Shown here one piece after another: positions 1 to 9,331 of a stretch of 64,000 bases of DNA (its first letter is position 1; each line of letters begins with the position of its first letter). The notes under the pieces were generated by a model that saw only the letters and a program-made list of their open reading frames with translations, was not told the DNA's origin and did no database searches. A program made the position numbers and the translations under genes. The DNA comes from Clostridiales bacterium (lineage in GTDB: Bacteria; Bacillota; Clostridia; Oscillospirales; Oscillospiraceae): NCBI GenBank assembly GCA_004553545.1, contig SFLD01000019.1, positions 8,630 to 72,629 of the forward strand. Reading direction: 5' to 3'.

Positions 1-640
1 GCAGCGCCGCGTTGCCGGAGCCCTGGCTCAGCACGAAGTCCCAGGTGGAGATCTCCGCCCCCAGTGCCTGCCGGAGGTCCGGGATCCCGGCGAAAACGAT
101 CTGCCAGACCAGCATGTGGACGAGGGCCATTTTCCGGGGCAGGATGGACCGCCCGGAGGCCACTGCCCAGAAGCTGGTCAAAATCAGCGCGATCATGCCG
201 AAATAGGGCAGGATCAGCGCCGCCGTCAGGCGCTGGTACTGGCCCAGGACCAGGGCCGCTGTCTCCTCCCGGCCCAGGATAGGCCCTAAGGTGCTGGTCC
301 AGTCCGCAAGGCTCCCGATGAGGAGATGGATCACCCCGGCGGAGCTGACATAGACCGCGCCGGAGACGGTGATGAGCCAGCGGAGCCTCCGGCACTCCGG
401 CCGGATCTGGGCGCGGGCCGCCCGGACGGTGAAGTAACTGAGGGCCATGCCCAGGACCCCCGTCCCCAGCAGCAGCGGCAGCCGCCAGGCGGGGTAGCTG
501 CCGTTAAGATAAGCCTCCCGCAGGAAGAGGCCGCTGTCCCCGGCGCTGGCGGGGATGACGCTGAGGCAGAGGTCCCCCACCAGCATCAGAGCGCCGCTGA
601 GGGCGCCCAGGAGACAGTCCCTCCGATAGGTGTTTTTCAT
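1..640 (-). CDS. Multi-pass membrane protein (DUF6796-like), runs off the window edge
   Basis: Read manually: ATG at 640 overlaps the upstream stop (ATGA); MKNTYRRDCLLGALSGALMLVGDLCL... is hydrophobic and open to base 1. Confidence 0.75.
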   Translation of the reverse strand, partial: MKNTYRRDCLLGALSGALMLVGDLCLSVIPASAGDSGLFLREAYLNGSYPAWRLPLLLGTGVLGMALSYFTVRAARAQIRPECRRLRWLITVSGAVYVSSAGVIHLLIGSLADWTSTLGPILGREETAALVLGQYQRLTAALILPYFGMIALILTSFWAVASGRSILPRKMALVHMLVWQIVFAGIPDLRQALGAEISTWDFVLSQGSGNAAL

Positions 641-1326
641 CCGGCTTCCCCCTTCCGGCAGACGAACCAGGCGATGCTTTTGAGATGGCCCACCCGGGCG
701 CCGGCGTACATCCCGGAGAGCCGCTGCCGCAGGCTCTCCACGGTCTCATAGGGCGGGGTGAAGAAGTGCCTGGGCTGGTAGAGGCGGCGGATGAACCTGT
801 CCGTCCGCGGATGCTCTCCCTCCACATAGAAGCAGCCGCAGAAGACGCCGCTGGGCTTCAGCACCCGGCAGGTCTCCTGGTAGGCGGCCTCCTTATCCGG
901 GAAGGCGTGGAATCCGTTCAGGGAAAGGACGGCGTCGAAGCTCCCGTCCGGGAAGGGGAGAGCCCCCACATCCCCCTGCTGAAAACGGACGTTGGAAAGG
1001 CCCAGGCGCTGGGCCTTCTCCCGGGCCTGGGCCATCATGTCCGGGGAGTAGTCGAGACAGGTGATCTCCGCCTGGGGGAGGGTCTGGTAGAGGGGCATGG
1101 TGAGGATGCCCGTCCCCACCGGGACCTCCAGGAGCCTGCCGGCAAAGCCCTCCGGAATGCCGGAGAGCGCCTCCTCCAGGTAGGCGTCGCACTCCGCCTT
1201 GTCCATGTCCCAGACCAGGCGGCAGACCGCCCTCCCCGGCCCGGTGGAGCAGGTGATCATCCCGTCGTAGAAGCTGCCGCTTCCCGTCAGGCGGTAGGCG
1301 TTTCGGATGCTTTCCTTCCGGTCCAT
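637..1326 (-). CDS. Class I SAM-dependent methyltransferase
   Basis: LLEVPVGTG motif I, LDYSPDM, GDVGALPFPDGSFDAV; RBS-preceded start MDRKES. Confidence 0.9.
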   Translation of the reverse strand: MDRKESIRNAYRLTGSGSFYDGMITCSTGPGRAVCRLVWDMDKAECDAYLEEALSGIPEGFAGRLLEVPVGTGILTMPLYQTLPQAEITCLDYSPDMMAQAREKAQRLGLSNVRFQQGDVGALPFPDGSFDAVLSLNGFHAFPDKEAAYQETCRVLKPSGVFCGCFYVEGEHPRTDRFIRRLYQPRHFFTPPYETVESLRQRLSGMYAGARVGHLKSIAWFVCRKGEAG

Positions 1327-1413
1327 CGTTTTCTCCCTCCCAACCTCTTCGATCCCGGGAAGGCCGGAGCAGACAGCGGAGCTTCCGTCCGCCGGTCTTC
1401 GGCGCTCCCCAAG

Positions 1414-1581
1414 GTTAGCAAAGACTAACCCCAGGCCCTGGAAAAGCCGCCTTCCGGCGGCCCGCACCGTTTCGGCGCTTTCCCCTCTCCGGCGGCCAGA
1501 GCCGATCCCGGAGTGCGGGACCCCGGGGCGTTAGCCTGGGGTAACCGTTTATATTATAGGAATCCTTTCCTCCGCTGTCAA
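1414..1581 (-). promoter_or_regulatory. Sigma-A promoter (TTGACA-17-TATAAT, 1553-1581) with two GTTAGC-N4-GCTAAC-like operators (1414-1429, 1530-1545)
   Basis: Perfect consensus -35/-10 on the minus strand; palindromes gttagcaaagactaac and gttagcctggggtaac. Confidence 0.75.
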
Positions 1582-1786
1582 GGCGTCCGGCGAAAAAGAT
1601 GCCCCGCCTGCCTGCCATTTTTTTCGTGAAAAAGCGGCAATGGAAAACGAAGAAACGCCGCTCCCCTTGTTTCCACATTGTTACCGTTTGTTTCCTCCCT
1701 GTTCTTTCTTCCCGCCGGGAAACATGCTATCATGGCGGCATGAAATCTTCCGGGCCCCGGCCCGGTCATGCGAAAGGAGAACCCCC

Positions 1787-2566
1787 ATGCGTGCTTTCCG
1801 TACCCTCGCCGCCCTGCTGGCGGTGCTGACCCTCAGCGCCTGCGGCGCTCCCGCCAATGGCTCCGCCTCCTCCGCCCCCTCCGGCTCCGTATCCTCCGCC
1901 GGAAGCGCCGCCTCCGCCCAGGACCCCCTGCCTGCGGACCCCGCCGAGGATTCCCTGGCTGTGGGCGACAGCTACGCGCTCTACCGCCAGGTCACGGTCT
2001 CCAACGGCCGCATCCTGACCCTCATCGCCCACGGGGAGCGGCAGGACGAGACCTGCTTCGGCATCTCCTCCATTGACGTGAAGGACGGCGATACCCTGGT
2101 CCAGACCCTCTCCCTTCACGACGGCATCGTGGCGGGCAACGCCTACGACGACTTTGAGGACCCCCTGGCGGCGGACGCCACCCGGACCTTCGACCTCGCC
2201 TCCGGCCTGGACACCCAGGACTACAACTTCGACGGCTTCCCTGATCTTGCCATCACCGAGTTCTGGGGTACCGCCAACGAGCGCAGGCTCCTCTGGCTCT
2301 GGGATGACAGCGCCGGGGAGTATACCTTCGCCCTGCCTCTCGTTGGCACGGACATCCGCCTGGACGAGAGCGCCCAGGCCGTCGTCGCCTCCGCCAACAA
2401 CGGTGCGGAGTACATTACCACCACCTACGCCCCCGTCCTTGACGGCCAGCTTCAGAAGGTCCAGGAGACCGTAGAGACCTACTACTCCGACACCGATACC
2501 GGTATCAAAACCGTTACCCATGCCCTCATCGACGGCGAATGGGTCCTGGTGGAGGACAATAACTGA
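1787..2566 (+). CDS. Lipoprotein with Ser/Ala linker and acidic domain (DYNFDGFPDL motif)
   Basis: AAGGAG RBS; lipobox LSAC; low-complexity linker. Confidence 0.75.
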   Translation: MRAFRTLAALLAVLTLSACGAPANGSASSAPSGSVSSAGSAASAQDPLPADPAEDSLAVGDSYALYRQVTVSNGRILTLIAHGERQDETCFGISSIDVKDGDTLVQTLSLHDGIVAGNAYDDFEDPLAADATRTFDLASGLDTQDYNFDGFPDLAITEFWGTANERRLLWLWDDSAGEYTFALPLVGTDIRLDESAQAVVASANNGAEYITTTYAPVLDGQLQKVQETVETYYSDTDTGIKTVTHALIDGEWVLVEDNN

Positions 2567-2643
2567 CCTGCCCCCTGTGGACGCTCCCATCACCGGCAGC
2601 CGCCGCAGGACAAATGGCTGGAAAACAGACGGAGGACACTTCC

Positions 2644-2979
2644 ATGAAGATCACCATCGATTTCGGACACCCCTACTTTGACGCCGAAACCATACGGTGC
2701 CTCACGCCGGATGACCTGAATGACTTCTACGCGGAGGCAGGCGAAGTCGACCAGCTGAATCTCTTCTTTGTGCTGGAGGCGTCGCTGCACCGGCTGCAAG
2801 GCGAAAAGGATCGGAAGACCTCCGCCCGCTGCGCATTTCTCATGGCGTACTACCTCTTTATCGCGCTGACACCTCCGGCGTCCTTCGAGCTGGCCGAGTT
2901 CTACATCGACCGGGCGCTGGAATGGGATGAGACCCCGGAATACCGGCACTGGAAGGAAACCATCGACGAGGGAAATTGA
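2644..2979 (+). CDS. Hypothetical protein (about 111 aa, helical)
   Basis: GGAGG RBS before ATG 2644; coding-like codon usage; followed by terminator. Confidence 0.65.
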   Translation: MKITIDFGHPYFDAETIRCLTPDDLNDFYAEAGEVDQLNLFFVLEASLHRLQGEKDRKTSARCAFLMAYYLFIALTPPASFELAEFYIDRALEWDETPEYRHWKETIDEGN

Positions 2980-3004
2980 CTTCTCCCCCGCCATCTCTTG
3001 AAAA

Positions 3005-3047
3005 GGAAAACGGCGTGACCCTTTGGGGGCACGCCGTTTCCGTTTTC
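3005..3047. terminator. Bidirectional intrinsic terminator
   Basis: ggaaaacggcgtg...cacgccgtttcc hairpin between convergent genes. Confidence 0.7.
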
Positions 3048-3052
3048 CTCTT

Positions 3053-4297
3053 TTACTCCCCCGTCTCCGCCGGGCAGCGCAGCACCTCCGCCACGTCCTT
3101 CCTCCGCCGGAACACCGTCCCCCAGCAGAAGAGCAGGGTGCCGAGCGCCCCCACGGTGACGCAGAGCCGGTAGTCCAGCACCTCGCCCAGCAGCCCCATC
3201 CCCAGGGACAGGAGACTGCTGGCCGCCGTCAGCAGCACGGAGCCATAGGCGTTCACCCGGGCCCGGAAGCGCTCCGGCAGGTAGCTCTGCACCGCCGCCT
3301 GGCGGATGGCGGCGCTGTTGATGCCGAGAAAGCCGCAGACCGCCCGGTTCACCAGCATCAGGGGGTAGGGAAGCCACAGGAGGCAGGCGTCCATGCTCTC
3401 ATAGAGCTGGTAGACGAAGAACGTAAAGGGAAAACGCTTGTCAGGCTCCAGCCGCCAGCGGTAGCGCACCGCCCCGCCCACGGTCCGGCCCAGAAACTCC
3501 GCCACGGAGAAGAGGGAGTACATCCCTGCCGTGAAGCCCGGGGCCGTCCGGAAGAAAGCCACGAGAAGCGGCGCATAGCCCGCCGCCACGCCGTTGGTGA
3601 CGGCCATGTAGTCATAGAGAGCCCGGAGCCCCCGCTCCCCCTTCAAAAACTCCGCCGCCTCCCGGATGTCCCCCCACCAGGTCTTCAGGGAAAAGAGCGG
3701 CTCCCCGCTCTCCCGCCGGGTCTCTGTCACCTGGATGCGGTTCTCGATCCCCGCCGCGAGAAGGGACAGCACCGCCTGGATCAAAAGCAGCACCGCCACT
3801 CCCAGATGCTCGAAAAGCAGGGCCGCCAGGGGCATCATCAGCACCTTCAGGACCGGGTACAGCATGGAGGAGACGGTGTAGCCCTTCTCCTCCTGCCCTT
3901 TCGGCAGCACCAGGGGATAGAAGCTCTCGTAGGCCAGCTCGTCGAAGCTCCCGAGACACGCCAGCAGCAGGGAAAAGCCCAGATACGCCCCGTAGGAGAA
4001 CTCGCAGCGCAGCAGGTACAGCCCCGCGAGCCCATAGAGCACCCCGTTCACGATGTCCCCGCCCACGAGGAAGGGCTTTCGCGGCAGCCGGTCCATCAGC
4101 GGGGCCAGGAAGAGGGGCAATATCACATAGGGAAAGAGCTGGATGGCCACGATGACCGCCGCCGCCAGGGTGCTCCCCGTCTCGTCAAAGACCAGGAACG
4201 AGAGGGCGAAGCCGCTGAGGATGCCCCCCGCCGCCCCCAGGGCCGTGGCCGCCGTGATGCGGCAGAAATCCTTCGTCCAAAGCGCGTCTTTTCTCAT
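3053..4297 (-). CDS. MFS transporter (MefA/DHA3-like efflux)
   Basis: About 12 hydrophobic segments, motif A APLMDRLPRK, FRARVNA. Confidence 0.9.
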   Translation of the reverse strand: MRKDALWTKDFCRITAATALGAAGGILSGFALSFLVFDETGSTLAAAVIVAIQLFPYVILPLFLAPLMDRLPRKPFLVGGDIVNGVLYGLAGLYLLRCEFSYGAYLGFSLLLACLGSFDELAYESFYPLVLPKGQEEKGYTVSSMLYPVLKVLMMPLAALLFEHLGVAVLLLIQAVLSLLAAGIENRIQVTETRRESGEPLFSLKTWWGDIREAAEFLKGERGLRALYDYMAVTNGVAAGYAPLLVAFFRTAPGFTAGMYSLFSVAEFLGRTVGGAVRYRWRLEPDKRFPFTFFVYQLYESMDACLLWLPYPLMLVNRAVCGFLGINSAAIRQAAVQSYLPERFRARVNAYGSVLLTAASSLLSLGMGLLGEVLDYRLCVTVGALGTLLFCWGTVFRRRKDVAEVLRCPAETGE

Positions 4298-4401
4298 GTT
4301 TCTCACCTCGCCTTCCAGCATAGCACACCCAGGGAGGCGAAGAAAGCCCCTTGCTTTGGGAAAATCCATCCCACCGCAAGGGGCTTACCGCATGATTTCT
4401 T

Positions 4402-5538
4402 TCAGTTGTCAGGAAAATCCTCGAAAAGCCGCACTGCCTCCCGGTACTGGCGGTTGGCCTTGTACCACGCCAGCACCCAGGGCCGGTGGAAGCGGGCGTA
4501 GCCCACCGGCAGCTCCCGCCGGATGCGCCGGAAGCAGCGGAGCAGCCGCTCCCCATACCCGGGATCGTGGAGGTAATCCTCCCGTTCCAGGCGGCAGCGC
4601 ACCAGGGCCAGCATCTCCCGGGCCAGGCTCTCCTCCACCGGGCAGTTTTCGGCGGCGCAGAGGGGCTCCGCCCGGTCCAGCATCGCCAGGGCCTCATCCT
4701 TCCGCCCCAATTGTTCCAGGCAGATGGCCCGCTTGTGGAGGGTCATGGCGTCCCCCTCCCCCAGGGCGGCGAGCAGCGGCAGGGCCGCCGCCGCATCCCC
4801 CTGCTCTAAGAGGCTGGCCCCGCTGTTGTAGCGGATGCCCCGCAGGCTCTCCGGGTCCCCGATGGCTTCCGCCAGGTGCTCCGCCGCCTGGTAGTGGGAG
4901 CGCATCCGCCCCAGCTCGCCAAGATCCGAGTAGCAGTTCCCGAGATAGATTCGGCAGGAGAGCATCAGGCACACGTATCCCCGCTCCGCCGCGGCGGCGT
5001 GGGCCTCCGTCAGGGCCTCCACCGCCTGGGCGTAGCGGCCCCGGCGGTAGCTCTCCCGGCCGGAGAACAGCAGGAAGAGAGGCTGCGGGTCCAGGGCCAG
5101 GGCCCCGGCCCAGTCCCCCTGCAGGCAGCGCTGCATGGCCAGCCCCTCCCGGTCCAGGAAGGGCTCCCAATCCTCCGGTAGGGGCTCCATCCGATCCTGC
5201 CGGAAGGCCGCCAGCAGGGCGTAGTCCACCCCCAGCCGTCCCCGGCGCAGCGCCTCCGTCCGGGGCGCCAAAGCGTCGAAGCGGGCGTGAAAGCCCCCGT
5301 CGTCCCCCATCCGCAGCCGCTCCCGGCACTCCGCCAGGGCGGCGGCGTCGGCCTCGTCCACCTCCCAGGGGATGTCCAGCCGGGCAAAGAGGGCCCGCAG
5401 CACCTCCTCGGACGCCTGGGCCTTCCCCTGCTCCACCTTGGAGAGGTAGGACACCGCGCAGATGCCCCGGCAGACGCCCTCCTGGCTCCAGTCCCGCCGC
5501 AGCCGCTCCCGCCGGATCAAAAGCCCCGAGATGTCCAC
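4402..5538 (-). CDS. XRE-HTH plus TPR transcriptional regulator (RRNPP/NprR-like architecture)
   Basis: N-terminal IRRERLRRDWSQEGVCRGICAVSYLSKVEQG HTH; TPR-like repeats (YLGNCYSDLG, YNSGASLLEQGD). Confidence 0.85.
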   Translation of the reverse strand: MDISGLLIRRERLRRDWSQEGVCRGICAVSYLSKVEQGKAQASEEVLRALFARLDIPWEVDEADAAALAECRERLRMGDDGGFHARFDALAPRTEALRRGRLGVDYALLAAFRQDRMEPLPEDWEPFLDREGLAMQRCLQGDWAGALALDPQPLFLLFSGRESYRRGRYAQAVEALTEAHAAAAERGYVCLMLSCRIYLGNCYSDLGELGRMRSHYQAAEHLAEAIGDPESLRGIRYNSGASLLEQGDAAAALPLLAALGEGDAMTLHKRAICLEQLGRKDEALAMLDRAEPLCAAENCPVEESLAREMLALVRCRLEREDYLHDPGYGERLLRCFRRIRRELPVGYARFHRPWVLAWYKANRQYREAVRLFEDFPDN

Positions 5539-5572
5539 GCCAACGCCCCCATTCTCAATTCTCAATTATCCA

Positions 5573-7963
5573 TTACTTCAGCGTCACCACCGTGACGCCG
5601 CTCTCGCCCTCGCCGTAGACCCCCAGGCGGAAGCTCTTCACCAGCTTGCTCCGCTTCAGGGTCTCGTGGACAGCCTTACGCAGCGCCCCGGTGCCCTTGC
5701 CGTGGATGATGGTCACGGTCTCCAGGTGCCCCATGGCGGCGGCGGAGAGGAAGGTCTGCACGGCGCTGTCCGCCTCGATGCTCTCCATCCCCCGGATGTC
5801 CAGCTCCGAGGACGCGGCGCTGCGGAAGACGGCGCTGCCGCCGCTGCGGGCGGGCGGGGCCTTTTTCTTCTGCCCCTGCCGCTCCGCCTCCTCGACAAGG
5901 CGCACCTCGTCTGGCTTCACGGTCATCTTCAGGATACCCGCCTTCAGGCTGAGGCTCCCGTCCTTGTTGACGGCGGTGACCTCCGCCCACTGGCGCACCC
6001 CCGGGATCTCCACCTGGTCCCCCACCCGGATGGGCCGGCTTGGCTTGGGGATGGGCTCCCGGCTCTCCTGCCGGACGCCCACGGCGGCCTCCGCCTCGTT
6101 GAGGCGGCGGCGCAGGTCCGCCTTCTCCCCGTTGTCGTCGATGGCGGTGAGGGCCGCCGCCTGGCGGCGGCGCATCTCCTCCAGCTCTGCGAAGATGGCG
6201 TCTGTCTGGGCCCGGGCGTCCTTCAGGATGCGCCGGGCCTCGGCCTCACCCCGGCTCCGGGCGTTCTCCTTGGCCTTCTCCATCTGCTCCCGGAACTCCC
6301 TCGCCTTCCGGGCGTCCTCCTCCCGGCGGACGGCCAGGCGGTCCAGCTCCTGCTCCTTTTTCTCCAGCGCCTGGCGCTTGCTCTCCAGCTGGGTGATGAC
6401 ATCCTCAAAGCGGACGCTCTCGCCGTTCATCTGCCGCTTGGCGTCCGCGATGACGTCCTCGCTGAGGCCCAGCCGCTGGGAGATGGCGAAGGCGTTGGAC
6501 TTCCCCGGGATGCCGATGAGCAGCCGGTAGGTAGGCCGCAGGGTCTCCACGTCGAACTCGCAGGAGGCGTTCTCCACCCCAGCCGTGGTCATGGCGAAGG
6601 TCTTCAGCTCCGCGTAGTGGGTGGTGGCGGCCACGTGGGCCCCCGCCTGCCGCACCCGCTGGATGACGGCAATGGCCAGGGCCGCACCCTCCACCGGGTC
6701 GGTGCCCGCCCCCAGCTCGTCGAAGAGCACCAGGCTGTGCGCATCCGCTTCCGCCAGAATAGCCACGATATTGGTCATATGTGCCGAGAAAGTGGACAAA
6801 TTCTGCTCGATGCTCTGCTCATCCCCGATGTCAGCCAGCACGCTGCCGTAAACGGCCACGGCGCTCCGGTCCCCGGCGGGGATCTGCAGCCCGCACTGGG
6901 CCATGAGGCAGAGGAGCCCCAGCGTCTTCAAAGACACCGTCTTACCGCCGGTATTGGGGCCGGTGATGACCAGGGTGTCAAAGGTCTCCCCCAGCTGGAT
7001 GTCGATGGGCACGGCCCGGGCCGGGTCCAGCAGGGGATGCCTCGCCCGCCGCAGGTTCACGCTGCCGTCCTTCCGGATCTCCGGCCGGATGCCCTCCATC
7101 CGGTAGGAGAGCTCGGCCCGGGCGAAGATGCAGTCCAGCAGCACCAGAGCGTCATAGTCCCAGCCGATGTCGTCCTTGTGGGCGGCGGCGTCGGCGGAGA
7201 GCTGGGCCAGGATCCGCTGGATCTCCTTCTTCTCCTTGCCCTGCAGCTCGATGAGCTCGTTGTTGGCCTGGACCACCCCCATGGGCTCCACGAAGACCGT
7301 GGCCCCGGAGGAGGAGATGTCGTGGATGAGGCCGGGCATGTCCGCCTTGCACTCCGCCTTCACCGGCACCACGAAGCGGCCATCCCGCTGGGTGATGAGG
7401 CTCTCCTGCAGAATTTTACTATAGCTGGGGGAGGAAATAATTTTCTGCAAGATCTGCCGGCTCTTGGCCTGGGCCTGCCGCATGTGCCGCCGGATGTCCG
7501 CCAGCTCCGGGGACGCCGTGTCCGCGATGGTGTCCTCGTCCAAAATGGCGCTCTTGATCTTCTCCTCCAGAAAGCGGTTGCCGTGGAGGGAGTGGAAGAG
7601 GTGGTCGATGGCGCTCTTCTCCCCGGCCTTGTCGTTGAAGTAGTCCCGGGTCCGCCGGGCGGAGGTCAGAAGCCCCGCCACCGTCAAAAGCTCGATGGTG
7701 CTGAGGCACCCGCCCCGGTCCGCCCGGTCCAGGATCTCCCGGACGGGCTTCACCCCGGAAAAGCCGGGGCTCCCCCGCAGGGCCATCATCCGCCGGGCGG
7801 CCTCGGTCTCCTCCTGCAGCCGCTCCACGTCCTCGATGTCCGTCTCCGGCCGCAGGGCCAGGCAGCGGCGCTTGGCCTCGTCGCTGACAGCCTGGGCGCT
7901 GAGCATTTCCAGCACCCGGGGCAGCTCCAGCGTCCGCAGCGATTTCTCAAATAACTCGCTCAT
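5573..7963 (-). CDS. mutS2: Endonuclease MutS2
   Basis: ITGPNTGGKT Walker A, DELGAGTDP, C-terminal Smr IIHGKGTG. Confidence 0.97.
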   Translation of the reverse strand: MSELFEKSLRTLELPRVLEMLSAQAVSDEAKRRCLALRPETDIEDVERLQEETEAARRMMALRGSPGFSGVKPVREILDRADRGGCLSTIELLTVAGLLTSARRTRDYFNDKAGEKSAIDHLFHSLHGNRFLEEKIKSAILDEDTIADTASPELADIRRHMRQAQAKSRQILQKIISSPSYSKILQESLITQRDGRFVVPVKAECKADMPGLIHDISSSGATVFVEPMGVVQANNELIELQGKEKKEIQRILAQLSADAAAHKDDIGWDYDALVLLDCIFARAELSYRMEGIRPEIRKDGSVNLRRARHPLLDPARAVPIDIQLGETFDTLVITGPNTGGKTVSLKTLGLLCLMAQCGLQIPAGDRSAVAVYGSVLADIGDEQSIEQNLSTFSAHMTNIVAILAEADAHSLVLFDELGAGTDPVEGAALAIAVIQRVRQAGAHVAATTHYAELKTFAMTTAGVENASCEFDVETLRPTYRLLIGIPGKSNAFAISQRLGLSEDVIADAKRQMNGESVRFEDVITQLESKRQALEKKEQELDRLAVRREEDARKAREFREQMEKAKENARSRGEAEARRILKDARAQTDAIFAELEEMRRRQAAALTAIDDNGEKADLRRRLNEAEAAVGVRQESREPIPKPSRPIRVGDQVEIPGVRQWAEVTAVNKDGSLSLKAGILKMTVKPDEVRLVEEAERQGQKKKAPPARSGGSAVFRSAASSELDIRGMESIEADSAVQTFLSAAAMGHLETVTIIHGKGTGALRKAVHETLKRSKLVKSFRLGVYGEGESGVTVVTLK

Positions 7964-8009
7964 AGTGTATTTCTCCTGTAAAGTCCGTTTCCTTTACGGT
8001 TATTGTTTC

Positions 8010-8429
8010 TTAATCCTCCCACGCCTCATCCAGCACAAAGGGCAGGCGCAGAAAGGCGTCCATGTGGACCTCCCCCGCCAGGGGCGCCATCCGGCGCTCC
8101 TCCCCGGGACAGAAGGCCACCCGCAACCCCGGCGCCGCCGGATAGGGGGCCCTGTCCGCGGGAACTTGCGTCAGCTCTCCGGGGAAGTCGTACCAGACCC
8201 GGTACTCACAGCGCCCGTCCGGCCCCGGCGGCCTGCGGTGCAGCGCCTCCGTGGGGCAGCGGATGTCCAGTCCCAGCCGCCGGAAGAAATCCCGGGTCTC
8301 CCCCGGCAGCGTCTCCACCGCCGCGAGAAAATTCCGGCAGCTCTGGCAGCCGCAGAGATACGGCACCTTGCCCCGGGCATTCTCCGCCGGATCCGTCCGC
8401 AGACGCCAGTCCCCCAGGACAAACAGCAT
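8010..8429 (-). CDS. Hypothetical protein with CGCxxC motif
   Basis: AAGGGAG RBS; CGCQSCRNF; in operon between recO and mutS2. Confidence 0.65.
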   Translation of the reverse strand: MLFVLGDWRLRTDPAENARGKVPYLCGCQSCRNFLAAVETLPGETRDFFRRLGLDIRCPTEALHRRPPGPDGRCEYRVWYDFPGELTQVPADRAPYPAAPGLRVAFCPGEERRMAPLAGEVHMDAFLRLPFVLDEAWED

Positions 8430-8478
8430 GCGTTTCCGCTCCCTTTCGTAGAATTTCCGCCCGATATGACAGAATGTA

Positions 8479-9119
8479 TTAACCTTCCATCCCCCGGAGA
8501 GACTTGTAGTAGTCCAGCGTCCGGAACCCCCGCTCCAGCTGCGCCAGGGTGAAGGCCTCCGCCGCCGCGCTGAGCCGCCGCAATGACTCCTCCCCCAGGG
8601 TGAAGCCGTAGAGCCGCTTGGGATCGCCGTAGAGCACGTGCCGGGCCGCCGCCAGGGCGTCCGCGTCCAGGGGCATCCCGGCCCCGCCAGAGCCGCAGCG
8701 GCGGCAGCGGAGCCCCCCGCTCCCCAGGTCCAGCACCGGCTCCTCCGGCTCCGCCTTGCCGCAGAAGGCGCAGCCCTCCAGCAGCGGCTCGTAGCCTGCG
8801 AGACTCATGGCCCGCAGCTCAAAGGCCGCCCGCAGCAGCTCCGGCGGCCGCCGGAAGTTCTCGATGGCGTAGAGCCCGTTCAAAAGGTGCCGCAGCAGCT
8901 CCCCGCTCTCCTCCCCCTCCGTGGTCAGGGCCTCGGTGAGCTCCGCGAAGTAGCAGCCGAGGGACAGCCGCAGGAAATCCTTCCCCAGCCCGGAGAAAAG
9001 CTCTCTCGTCTCCGCCTCGTTGGCGTAGTACCAGTCCCCCCGGTGGTAAAGTCGGCCTCCTTGGTATCCGTCCGGCGGAGCACCACGCCGGGGCAGAGGA
9101 GGTAGGGGGATGCGGACAT
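8479..9119 (-). pseudogene. recO: DNA repair protein RecO, internal deletion with frameshift near 9050
   Basis: N-terminus GVVLRRTDTKEAD in one frame; LYHRGDWYY...CAFC...CRRC...ERGFRTLDYY in another; the intervening OB-fold segment is missing. Confidence 0.85.
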
Positions 9120-9193
9120 GGCTTCTCACCACCTAAGTACAGATAGAGGAAAGGGGAAGTCCTTGCCCCCAGGGCAGGTACTTCCCCTCGCCG

Positions 9194-9292
9194 TCACCGC
9201 GCGGCTTGCCGCTCCGCGCGGTAGAGCAGATACGCCAGGGGCTCGCCGGTCTCCCGGAACAGCGCCCAGCAGGACGAGGTCTCCACGCTCAC
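9194..9292 (-). CDS. yqzL: YqzL-family small protein
   Basis: Read manually: (V)SVETSSCWALFRETGEPLAYLLYRAERQAAR*; GGAGG RBS; canonical era-yqzL-recO position. Confidence 0.7.
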   Translation of the reverse strand: MSVETSSCWALFRETGEPLAYLLYRAERQAAR

Positions 9293-9331
9293 CGCCTCCC
9301 TCCGCCCATAGCTTATGGAGGAAAGCGTCGT

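Noticed and set aside
5462..7954. Long plus-strand ORFs antisense to real genes (e.g. 5462-7954, 19394-21820, 34537-36381, 40988-43639, 45195-47261)
   Set aside because: Shadow ORFs caused by high GC3 on the coding strand; no motifs or RBS.
8479..9119. Programmed frameshifting in recO, DUF711 or PBP1A
   Set aside because: Conserved residues are missing at each junction and there are no slippery sequences; these are deletions.
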